Positions 1 to 7,363 of a stretch of DNA of 19,061 nucleotides are shown here, piece by piece; positions within the stretch are counted from its first letter, which is position 1, and each line of letters begins with the position of its first letter. Both the position numbers and the translations under genes were made by a program. The notes below the pieces were generated by a model. The model was not told the origin of the DNA. It searched no databases and saw only the letters and a list, made by a program, of their open reading frames with translations. This DNA comes from Thermoproteota archaeon (GTDB lineage Archaea > Korarchaeota > Korarchaeia > Korarchaeales > Korarchaeaceae), in the NCBI GenBank assembly GCA_027491415.1, contig JAOZFH010000041.1, positions 1 to 19,061 of the forward strand, in the 5' to 3' direction.

Positions 1-169
1 CAAGTAGCTGGGCCTCGCGGTGAGCTACGGGGTGGCGGTGGTAGTATTCTTGCTCATGTAGCTGTACCCGCAGGCGCTCGCCGAGAGGGGCAGGACCGTT
101 GAGTTCATCCCGGCGGCGGTGCAGCGCAGAGGAGGCGGGGAGGGTACCAAAGGGCTCACGCCATACTGA
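1..169 (+). pseudogene. 3' end of a membrane-protein-like frame interrupted by two in-frame TAG codons (5' truncated by window)
   Basis: Frame from nt 2 reads K*LGLAVSYGVAVVVFLLM*LYPQALAERGRTVEFIPAAV...LTPY*, with TAG at 5-7 and 59-61 and TGA at 167-169. Codon usage is host-like, there is a hydrophobic helix, and a pyrimidine tract follows. Confidence 0.45.
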
Positions 170-173
170 GAGA

Positions 174-189
174 CCCTCCCCTTTTCTTC
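174..189 (+). terminator. Possible pyrimidine/U-rich archaeal terminator
   Basis: CCCTCCCCTTTTCTTC just after the TGA at 169, in a gap between convergent genes. Confidence 0.35.
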
Positions 190-272
190 GGGAATTCTCG
201 GAGGCGCGGAGGTCGGTGTGGGCGTTCGGTCCCCAGCGGCTCGCCAAAAGGTTGAGAAGGGTGGAAGGGCGA

Positions 273-896
273 TCAGCCGCTCCTCTTTCCCTTCAGCCTC
301 TCAGCAAGCTTCCGGAGCAGCTCTGCGGGGGTCCTTATCGGGTACTCGAGCTCTCTGGCCACGTCCGCCAGGTCGATGCCGTAAGCCTCGATCCCCCTGA
401 GCCTCACTGCGAGGGCATCGGCGCTCTCGATCGGGAAGTCGGTCCCTTTTATGGCCATTAGGGTCCTTATGGCCCACATCGGTCCCTCTACAGCCTCTAG
501 AGCCTCTCTGGAGCTCTCTATGAAGGCAACATGCTCGTCCACACCCCTCCGGACCTCCCTCCAAGCCAGCTTAGCCAGCCCTCCGGCGACGTGAGTCTTG
601 AAGTCCTCGTCGGTGAGCTCACCCTTGATCTTCTTGAGCACGGCCTCCTCGTCGCTCGACATTATATTCCTGACGGTCTGCTCGGTTATGCCAAGCTCCC
701 TAGCGATCTCGTCGTTGCTCTTGTGGTAGAGGTCCCTGAGGACGACCGCGTAACAGGCCTCCATGAGGCTGGGCAGCCAGGTGAGCCTGCGGTACTCTAT
801 CAGCCTTCTCGGCCCGCCCAGTATCTCGATAGCCTTCATGAACACCCTCATCGCGAGCCTGTCCGGGTCCTCCCTGACCGGACCGACCACCACCAT
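273..896 (-). CDS. KaiC-associated regulatory HTH protein (TIGR03879/COG1318-like)
   Basis: LTWLPSLMEACY motif, HTH KSNDEIARELGITEQTVRNI, and HVAGGLAKLA. The ATG at 896 overlaps the TGA of the KaiC-like gene (TGATG coupling); GTG at 899 is an alternative start. Confidence 0.85.
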   Translation of the reverse strand: MVVVGPVREDPDRLAMRVFMKAIEILGGPRRLIEYRRLTWLPSLMEACYAVVLRDLYHKSNDEIARELGITEQTVRNIMSSDEEAVLKKIKGELTDEDFKTHVAGGLAKLAWREVRRGVDEHVAFIESSREALEAVEGPMWAIRTLMAIKGTDFPIESADALAVRLRGIEAYGIDLADVARELEYPIRTPAELLRKLAERLKGKRSG

Positions 897-1771
897 CACT
901 CAACACCCCCCGACCTCGCCCTGGCCCTCAGCTCGCTCAGGCTGGGGCCGACCCTCACCAGACCGAGCTCGGTTATCTCCATCAGGTGGGTGGACGTGTC
1001 GTGGCCGGTCATCCTGCACCCGTCTATCCTGATGGTCCTGACCACCTCCCCAGTGGGCACGCCGTAGAGCTGCTCCTGCCACCTGCTGGTCACCAGCTCC
1101 TTGTTGAGGACTATCGTGCCGTCGAGGATGTGGCTCACCGCGTAGCCGCCGGCGGCCTCGGCGGTCTCGGCCCCGTGGGCGCTCCTCTTCTGCGAGATCA
1201 GGATGGCGGTCTGGCCCCAGCGCTTGAGGAAGTTGAAGATCTCCCTGACGATGGACCTGGCCGCGACCTCCCTGGCCTCGAAGAGGCCAGTTATCGAGTC
1301 GATGACCACGTTCTTGGTGTCGTAGCTCTCTATGACGTGGGCCATCGTCTTCAGGAGGGTGGGTATCTCCTCCCTGAGCTCCCTGTAGCTGGCTGCGTCT
1401 ATCAGGATTATCCTCTCCTTGACCCCCTCCCAGTCGATGCCCATGGCCTCTGCCCTCTTCCTCAGGCCGGCGGCCACGAAGTTCGCCGGACTCTCGACGG
1501 TGACGAAGCACACCGGGTAGCCCATGGAGGCCTGCTTGACGGCGAACTGCTCCGCCATGAGGCTCTTCCCGGTGTCTGGCACCCCCGTGAGGTTCATGAC
1601 GGACCTGTACGGGAGCCCGCCCAGCGGCCTCTTCACCGGGCGGCCGCCTTCTAGCTCAACCGTGAAGAACATCTCGTCCAGGCCCTCGATCCCGGTCGGC
1701 ACGCCGAACAGCTTGGGCGCCTTGGCGAACGCCTTGGCGGCGGTCTCGACTGCCCTGTCCACCACGCTCAT
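896..1771 (-). CDS. Single-domain KaiC-like ATPase (RecA superfamily; TIGR03878 AF_0795-like)
   Basis: GVPTGIEGLD N-terminal motif, Walker A GVPDTGKS, Walker B VVIDS, QKRS, AAGGYAVSHILDGTI, and RIDGCRMTGH. Start placed at ATG 1771, downstream of a TATA-like box, rather than at 1843. Confidence 0.92.
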   Translation of the reverse strand: MSVVDRAVETAAKAFAKAPKLFGVPTGIEGLDEMFFTVELEGGRPVKRPLGGLPYRSVMNLTGVPDTGKSLMAEQFAVKQASMGYPVCFVTVESPANFVAAGLRKRAEAMGIDWEGVKERIILIDAASYRELREEIPTLLKTMAHVIESYDTKNVVIDSITGLFEAREVAARSIVREIFNFLKRWGQTAILISQKRSAHGAETAEAAGGYAVSHILDGTIVLNKELVTSRWQEQLYGVPTGEVVRTIRIDGCRMTGHDTSTHLMEITELGLVRVGPSLSELRARARSGGVE

Positions 1772-1791
1772 GGTCGGCCCCCGAGACGATG

Positions 1792-1812
1792 ACCACTTTT
1801 GGTGAATAAAAA
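1792..1812 (-). promoter_or_regulatory. TATA-like box plus palindromic ACCA-N4-TGGT site upstream of the kaiC-like operon
   Basis: Minus-strand TTTTTATT at 1812-1805, followed directly by ACCACTTTTGGT (1792-1803). Confidence 0.5.
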
Positions 1813-1975
1813 GATTTAACGTGAAGGGGATCACGGTATCCACGAGGCCCCCTGCTTCCCCGGAGTGACCTAAGGTTGGCAGAGCGCTTGATTATTGGTT
1901 CACATGTTGAATCAATGGAACCTCGCCGGGGCGTAGAGGGGGCTTCAGGCGTTGAGAACGGTGGAGGTGATGTGA

Positions 1976-3703
1976 ATGCTGATCCGGAGGATTCACGCAG
2001 CCGAGATCCTCAGGGCACTTCGCGGCGAGGAGCCGCAGGAGCCAGCGGCCCTCCAGCTCAGGAGGGCGGGCCTGATATCCCAAGACGGCACCCCCACCGA
2101 GGCCGGGAGGCTGGTGGCCGAGGCCGTCGAGGACGTGTCGAGGGAGCTCGGTGAGCCGGCTGAGTGGCCCGAGAACAGGTGGGTCGGGACGGACGTCCTC
2201 CAGATGATCGAGGTGTCGGAGAGGTCCGCCCACGTCGTCGAGGCCTGGGTGGGCCCACTATCCTCAAGGGGATTCCTGAGGGACGGCGAGCTCACCGAGG
2301 CGGCGGGCAAGGTGGTTGACGCCTACTCCATGGCCCGACCCAGCCTGTACCTCACGTCGTGGGAGGCCTCCGCCCTCCAGGCCATGCCGCCCGGCCCCAC
2401 GGACCTGAGGGAGGTCACCTCGAAGCTGGAGTCCATGGGGTTCTCTGCGGCCATCATAGACTCCCTGGAGGCCATGCGCCTCGCCTCCATCGGTGCCCCA
2501 GACCCGAAGGAGCCATCTCCAACCTTCACCCTCACGGGCGCCGGGAGGCTCGTCAGGCAGGCCGTCTCGGGGATGCCCCTTCCTGAGGGGGGCTACGCCA
2601 TAGACCCGGACGTGGTAGAGGCGCTCCTCGGCCTCGCCAGGGGGGCCTTCACACAGGAGCAGGAGGAACTCCTGGTCTCGAGGGGCCTGGCCCACGCGTC
2701 CAAGCTAACCTGGCCCGGCAGGTACCTCCTAGCCGCGGTCGACAAGCTGAGCAGGCCCAGGGCGGAGCAGGCCCCCCTGGGAGTCTCCACGGAGGAGGTC
2801 AGGCTGCTCCTCTCGATCAGAGAGATCTGGAGGAAGCATGAGACTAACCCCGAGGTCACGGCCACGAAGGAGAGGATCGTCGGTCAGGTGGCTGAGGACT
2901 GGGGCATCGAGGGCTACGACCCGACCAGCGCCCTCTACACGCTGGAGGCGCTCGACCTGATAACCTCCGAGACGGTGGGCGGCAGGCTCGTGTACAGGCT
3001 GACGGAGTGGGGAGAGGAAGTCCTGAGGGTCGTGGGAGAGAGGCCCAGGGACGTCTCCTCGATCGCGGTGAAGGCGGTGCTCTACTCCCTCGGTGAGAGG
3101 GCGCCCACGATGGGCTGGGTGAGGCTGGCCAGGGATCAGGGCCTCGTCTCATCCGGAGGCATCACGTGGGCGGGGATGAGGCTCGCGAGGCTCTCCGGGA
3201 GGATAAGGAGGAAGCCGCACTTGACCGCCTTCGAGGCAGACGTGCTCAGGAGGATCCCGGACGGTAGGAGCGCCTCCCTGGACGAGATATGCTCAGCCTT
3301 CGAGGACGCCAGGGCCGCGAGGGTTGCCGTCGAGAAGCTCGAGTGTAGGGGCTTCGTGGACGTCCTGCCCAACGACAGGGTCGTCCTCACCGAGGCAGGA
3401 GCCGCGGCGAAGCACGCCCTGCTGGGGGTGAGGGGCGCTCACCCCATCAACCCAGTGCTGGCGAGGATACTCAGCGCCGCCGCCAAGCACGGGCTCGACA
3501 ACGTGAAGGAGATCGAGAGGGAGACGAGGCTGGACTTCGAGACCATCAACAAGGCGAGGGTCGTGATAAGGAGGTTCGGCTACTACGGCAGGACGGGCGT
3601 GACGGACAGGGGCAGGGCCCTCCTGAGGCTGATCGAGATCCTGGAGTCCAGGAGAAGGGAGTCGGAGGAGGTCAGGGAGGAGGAGAGCGCGTTCCACGCC
3701 TGA
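1976..3703 (+). CDS. DUF505 family protein (tandem winged-helix-like repeats)
   Basis: Strong SD GGAGGTGA at 1963-1970. MLIRRIHA N-terminus, RWVGTDVLQMI motif, and repeated wing motifs (LTEAG, LTGAG, LTEWG, ITWAG, VTDRG). Divergent from the KaiC-like pair. Confidence 0.8.
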   Translation: MLIRRIHAAEILRALRGEEPQEPAALQLRRAGLISQDGTPTEAGRLVAEAVEDVSRELGEPAEWPENRWVGTDVLQMIEVSERSAHVVEAWVGPLSSRGFLRDGELTEAAGKVVDAYSMARPSLYLTSWEASALQAMPPGPTDLREVTSKLESMGFSAAIIDSLEAMRLASIGAPDPKEPSPTFTLTGAGRLVRQAVSGMPLPEGGYAIDPDVVEALLGLARGAFTQEQEELLVSRGLAHASKLTWPGRYLLAAVDKLSRPRAEQAPLGVSTEEVRLLLSIREIWRKHETNPEVTATKERIVGQVAEDWGIEGYDPTSALYTLEALDLITSETVGGRLVYRLTEWGEEVLRVVGERPRDVSSIAVKAVLYSLGERAPTMGWVRLARDQGLVSSGGITWAGMRLARLSGRIRRKPHLTAFEADVLRRIPDGRSASLDEICSAFEDARAARVAVEKLECRGFVDVLPNDRVVLTEAGAAAKHALLGVRGAHPINPVLARILSAAAKHGLDNVKEIERETRLDFETINKARVVIRRFGYYGRTGVTDRGRALLRLIEILESRRRESEEVREEESAFHA

Positions 3704-4011
3704 CAGTCCCGCCGCCGCGGTGGGCACGACCCATGCTGGGGCGCGCCGCGTTCTAAGACTGGCCCGCACCTGGCCCGCCGACGGCGGGAGGCCGGGGGCC
3801 CCATAGCCGGGTTAAGGGGTGTCGACTCCTGGCCGAGACACAATGAGCGCGGCCCAGCGTGTCCTGGTCTGCCACACCCCACCTCGGCTCCGAGATCCCC
3901 GAGCAGGGGCGCTGCGACCTCGCCTCGAGCGTCAACCCCGGGGCCGGCTCGATCAGCCTTCCTTTCTCCCTGTCGACCAGTTCGTTGGAAGGCCACAAAT
4001 ACTCGCGTGGG

Positions 4012-4029
4012 AATTCTAGATCTAGAATT
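4012..4029. repeat. Perfect 18-bp palindrome
   Basis: AATTCTAGATCTAGAATT is its own reverse complement and forms an AT-rich island in a GC-rich background. Confidence 0.9.
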
Positions 4030-4233
4030 TCTTCATAGAGCTCGCCGATTGGCCAGGGGAGATGGTTCCTGCGGGGTTCCCGACTGGCGGCGGGGGCGAG
4101 GCCCTACCCAAGACGGGCCGGTGGGGCTCGAATCCACCCGGCTACCTAGGAGATCGACCGCAGCCACGAACCAATCGAATGGGTTTGTCTCTGCGGCCCA
4201 AGAATGTTTTTCAAAGGGATCGCGCCATTTCTC

Positions 4234-4866
4234 ATGGAGTCCAAATTGGGTACGACGGTGACCGAGCTGAAGAAGAAGATGCTTGAGCTCCTAGAGAGGG
4301 ACAGGGAGTTCAGGCACGCGGTCGCTGGGCTCATAGGCTACGGCGACGTGCTGCGCAGGCTGGAGGAGCACGACAGGAAGTTCAACGAGATACTGGCCAG
4401 GATGGAGGAGCACTCCAGGAGGTTCGAGGGCATAGAGCGAAGGCTGGAGGAGCACGACAGGAAGTTCAACGAGATAGTGAGCGAGATGAGGAACATGCGA
4501 AGGCTAGTAGAACTCAACAGGATGGATCTCGGAGCCCTGACGGAGGCGTTCTTCTCGTGGAGGGTCGAAGAGGCCATTAGAAGGTCCCTTGAGGCGCGCG
4601 GGGGTTCCATCAGGGAGGTCCGCAGGGGTGTGATGGTGGGGGACCGGGAGGTGGACCTGCTGATCGTCGGAGACGGGGAGGCCTACGTGGTCGAGGTCAA
4701 GATAAGGCCGGGCAGGAGGGACGTAGACGACCTGCTGGACAAGGTGGAGGCTCTGAGGGGGGAGTACCGGGGAATGAAGCTCGTACCCGTCCTCTCCGGG
4801 ACCTGGATCCCGCGGGAGGTGGCCAGCTACGCCCAGTCTAGGGGGGTGAAGGTGGAGGCGATCTAG
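4234..4866 (+). CDS. Coiled-coil repeat protein with C-terminal PD-(D/E)XK nuclease domain (DUF3782/DUF1626-like archaeal family)
   Basis: N-terminal LLERDREFRHAVAGLIG, EEHDRKFNEI repeats, and catalytic-type EVDLL...VVEVK. Start is uncertain (4204, 4234, 4246 or 4258). Confidence 0.8.
   Translation: MESKLGTTVTELKKKMLELLERDREFRHAVAGLIGYGDVLRRLEEHDRKFNEILARMEEHSRRFEGIERRLEEHDRKFNEIVSEMRNMRRLVELNRMDLGALTEAFFSWRVEEAIRRSLEARGGSIREVRRGVMVGDREVDLLIVGDGEAYVVEVKIRPGRRDVDDLLDKVEALRGEYRGMKLVPVLSGTWIPREVASYAQSRGVKVEAI
4357..4476 (+). repeat. Intragenic tandem repeat with 42-bp (14-aa) period, 3 units
   Basis: AGGCTGGAGGAGCACGACAGGAAGTTCAACGAGATA is identical at 4357-4392 and 4441-4476; a diverged copy lies at 4399-4434. 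Confidence 0.9.
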
Positions 4867-5520
4867 CCAAGGTCCCCACCCAAGCGTGTATCTCACTTTG
4901 GAGGTCCGCGGGGACAGCGCGCGACGTATAATTACACTCCCTAGTCGTGGGGAGCCACGGCGGTCGCCGGTTTGGCGTAAAAGCGTAAACCAGCATTTCA
5001 CGCCATCAGTCTGTTCGAGCGTCGGGGCCCTCCAGCGCCCTCTTCCTGCGCTCGTAATCCTGGAGGGGAGCGACAAGGGCCTCGGCCTTTCAGCAGAGGA
5101 GAGAGGCCTGGACACTGGACCTTGGAGTGGACCCTAACAACAAAAGCGTGATGCCAAAGGGAAGGGACCTGAACCGTCCGGACTGCTCCTTATCTATCCT
5201 CACGAGCCCCAGGCGGCCCTATTGGGGTTCAAGGCGATCTCGGAGGGGGACGAGGAGGGTGGATGCGTGGTCAACGCTCCCTCCTCCCCCGACCGCGTCT
5301 CCCATGGAGAGACGCGGTCCGGTTTCGATTCTAAAGCTCAGAGGCCTTTGAGTGGGCCTATCCCCTTCAAACCTTGCCTCTCGGAGTTTGTTTGGCCCCC
5401 GCCCCCACACGTGCAGTTCCCTCGTCTGGGCCTCTAACGCCCCTAGAGCTGCCCCCAACATCGATGAACCCCTCGAAGAGACCGGCCTACTCCAACCTGA
5501 GTTTCGAACACCTGTCCGAA

Positions 5521-5625
5521 TCACTCTTCGATCAGATCGCACGGAGAGCAGGGCATTCGAGCGAAGCCAATCTCTGATCCGAGGAACTGTGTGGGAGCGC
5601 TTGCGTCGATCGCCGAACTCGCCAC
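5521..5625 (-). pseudogene. Possible remnant of a VapC/PIN-domain toxin N-terminus
   Basis: GGAGG, then GTG at 5625 reading MASSAIDASAPTQFLGSEIGFARM...*. This resembles the PIN start hhDASAhh..h..E.G but stops after 34 aa, directly downstream of the MNT gene. Confidence 0.3.
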
Positions 5626-5653
5626 CGCAGCGACACGCCTCCAGTAGCCACCC

Positions 5654-6073
5654 TTACCCCCCAAGCCTCCAGCCTCCAGCCACCCTGCCCACGCCCCTCT
5701 GCCTGAGCTCCGCAGCTCGCCTCACCAGCCTAGAGGCGCCCGCCTCGTCCAGCAGGATCTTCCCCTCCTGAAGGGCGTCCAGCAGGATGGACGAGTAGGG
5801 GAGGAGCTTCTCGGCCTCCTCAGGCCTGAAGAAGTGCACATCGGCCGGGATCCCCTCTCTCCTGAGCGCTGAGAGCAGCCTGTCACGCACGCTCTCGTCC
5901 TCTGCTAATAGGAGGAGATCGAAGTCGCTCGCTGCGCTTTCCTCCCCCCTGACCCTAGATCCGAAGAGAATCAGGGAGGCTCCGCACCCCCTGAGCTCCC
6001 CAGCCACTCTGCGTAGGGCGCTAACCCTCCTCCTGCCCCTCTCCACCACCGACCTCAAGAAGCCCCTCTGCAT
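5654..6073 (-). CDS. Minimal nucleotidyltransferase (MNT) antitoxin
   Basis: ILFGSRVRGEESAASDFDLLLL (GS-x10-DxD), a third Asp in ADVHFF, and ALQEGKIL. Overlaps the HEPN 3' end; the real start may be GTG at 6049 or 6046. Confidence 0.9.
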   Translation of the reverse strand: MQRGFLRSVVERGRRRVSALRRVAGELRGCGASLILFGSRVRGEESAASDFDLLLLAEDESVRDRLLSALRREGIPADVHFFRPEEAEKLLPYSSILLDALQEGKILLDEAGASRLVRRAAELRQRGVGRVAGGWRLGG

Positions 6074-6431
6074 ACCTGACTATCGCCTCCCCACACCTCA
6101 CGGCGCGCTCTGCCTCCTCCCTCGTGTACTCCCTCAGGCGGGCGTCTGGGTACCTCGCCTGGATGTAGTGCTCCTCGATGTGGGAGCAGCTCCTGATGTG
6201 ATCCGGCACATCGAGCAGCTCGGATAGGGCATCGAGCAGCTCCGTAATGGAATGCGTCAGCGGCTTGTACCCTGTCTTGGCGATCAGGACGGCCTTGAGT
6301 GACATCTCCGCCGCCTGCTGGGCATTGAAGGCCGATATATCATAGTATCCCCCATCCAAGTCTCTCTTGGCAACTTCGATAAACCTCTTGGCCTTTCTGA
6401 GCCACGAGAGCGCTAGGGATCTCAGCCCCAT
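6021..6431 (-). CDS. HEPN domain protein (COG2250-type)
   Basis: WLRKAKRF...YYDISAFNAQQAAEMSLKA, THSITELL, YIQARYPD. ATG 6431 lies about 25 nt after a minus-strand TTTAAT (leaderless-like). Confidence 0.92.
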   Translation of the reverse strand: MGLRSLALSWLRKAKRFIEVAKRDLDGGYYDISAFNAQQAAEMSLKAVLIAKTGYKPLTHSITELLDALSELLDVPDHIRSCSHIEEHYIQARYPDARLREYTREEAERAVRCGEAIVRYAEGLLEVGGGEGQEEG

Positions 6432-6666
6432 CGGGCGCCTGCCCGACCGAAGAATTAAACGATTGGCTCCCGGCCTACAACGGGACCTGCGTACTGATGC
6501 TAGAGGCCCGTAGATCCCGAGGAGGAGCGCCACAAGTCGCCCGCTATGGCGATAACACCGCTCATCTGCCCAAGTATGAGGTGATCTTTTAACTTAATCC
6601 CGCAGCAGCACATTACGGCCTGAGTCGACCGTTTTTTTGTCGCCTCTGGCCTGGGTGTGGGTTTGC

Positions 6667-7359
6667 TTGGTCGGTGCGGGCTCCGATAAGGTGCGGAGGG
6701 CGGGCGGGGAGGGCGAAGAGGTTGACAAGGGTAGGAGGACCTTCCTGAAGATTGGCCTGGCGGCGGGAGTCTCTGCCCTCCTGGCCTACCTCCTCTGGCC
6801 GACCGTACAGCTCTACCTGCGGAGGGAGGGTGAGCCAGTAAAGACCAAGCCGCCGGAGACGGAGGGGCCGCCTGTTACAGAGGGGCCGGCGGGGACTGAG
6901 GCTCCAACCGAGGCGAGGCAGCCGAAAGAGGTGACTCTAGAGCTGGAGGAGTACCCTGGGGACTCGCCCGTCGGCCACGCCTATCCCTACCTGGTCATTG
7001 AGCCGGTGTCCGGCTCCTCTGAGCGGTCCCCAGGCGGGTCCACCGAGCGAATCCTGGTCCAGCTCAACTGCTGCAACAGGGGCGGCGCCCCCTCCACCGC
7101 CGTCTTGGAGGCCTTCAGGATTGATGGCCCGTTCTCCCTGCCGCTTTCCCTCTCATCCCTCCCGAAGCTGGCCCACATTCCAGTCTACCTGTCTCCCGGA
7201 TCGACTCAGCCGGTTTGGCTGGATCTGGTCGTTCCAGCTGGAACGACGGGCGTGCTCTTCGTGCTCAGCGACCCAATGCTGGACGCCTGCCCCAGGAGGT
7301 TTGCATCCGCCGACGAGATGAGCGCCCAGCAGAGGCGCGTGATCTACTTCGGGAGGTGA
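6667..7359 (+). CDS. Twin-arginine signal/membrane-anchored hypothetical protein with Pro/Thr/Glu linker and beta-rich domain
   Basis: GRRTFLK, then hydrophobic IGLAAGVSALLAYLLWP, then a PPETEGPPVTEGPAGTEAPTE linker. Start is uncertain (6637, 6667 or 6691). The stop overlaps the SD of the next gene. Confidence 0.75.
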   Translation: MVGAGSDKVRRAGGEGEEVDKGRRTFLKIGLAAGVSALLAYLLWPTVQLYLRREGEPVKTKPPETEGPPVTEGPAGTEAPTEARQPKEVTLELEEYPGDSPVGHAYPYLVIEPVSGSSERSPGGSTERILVQLNCCNRGGAPSTAVLEAFRIDGPFSLPLSLSSLPKLAHIPVYLSPGSTQPVWLDLVVPAGTTGVLFVLSDPMLDACPRRFASADEMSAQQRRVIYFGR

Positions 7360-7363
7360 TGGC

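Noticed and set aside
896-1771. Circadian clock
   Set aside because: Single ATPase domain with no kaiA or kaiB in the window; it fits the non-clock archaeal KaiC-like families.
3795-3830. tRNA-like 5' end GGGGCCCCATAGCC...GGTTAAGG
   Set aside because: No cloverleaf or T-arm follows.
4114-4146. tRNA gene suggested by GGGCTCGAATCC
   Set aside because: The T-loop deviates from GTTCRAATC, and no D-arm, anticodon arm or acceptor stem can be built.
4357-4476. CRISPR array suggested by two identical 36-bp units
   Set aside because: The units are in-frame coding repeats, the intervening sequence is a diverged copy rather than a spacer, and there are no cas genes.
5161-5200. SRP helix-8 or RNase P motifs (minus-strand GGAGCAG and TCAGGTCC)
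   Set aside because: The elements are in the wrong order, and no RNase P P4 signature (GAGGAAAGTCC-like) is present.
6490-6625. Box C/D guide RNA (CTGATGC...CCGA; GTGAT...CTGA)
   Set aside because: The boxes deviate from RTGATGA/CTGA consensus and spacing, and I recognised no rRNA or tRNA complement.
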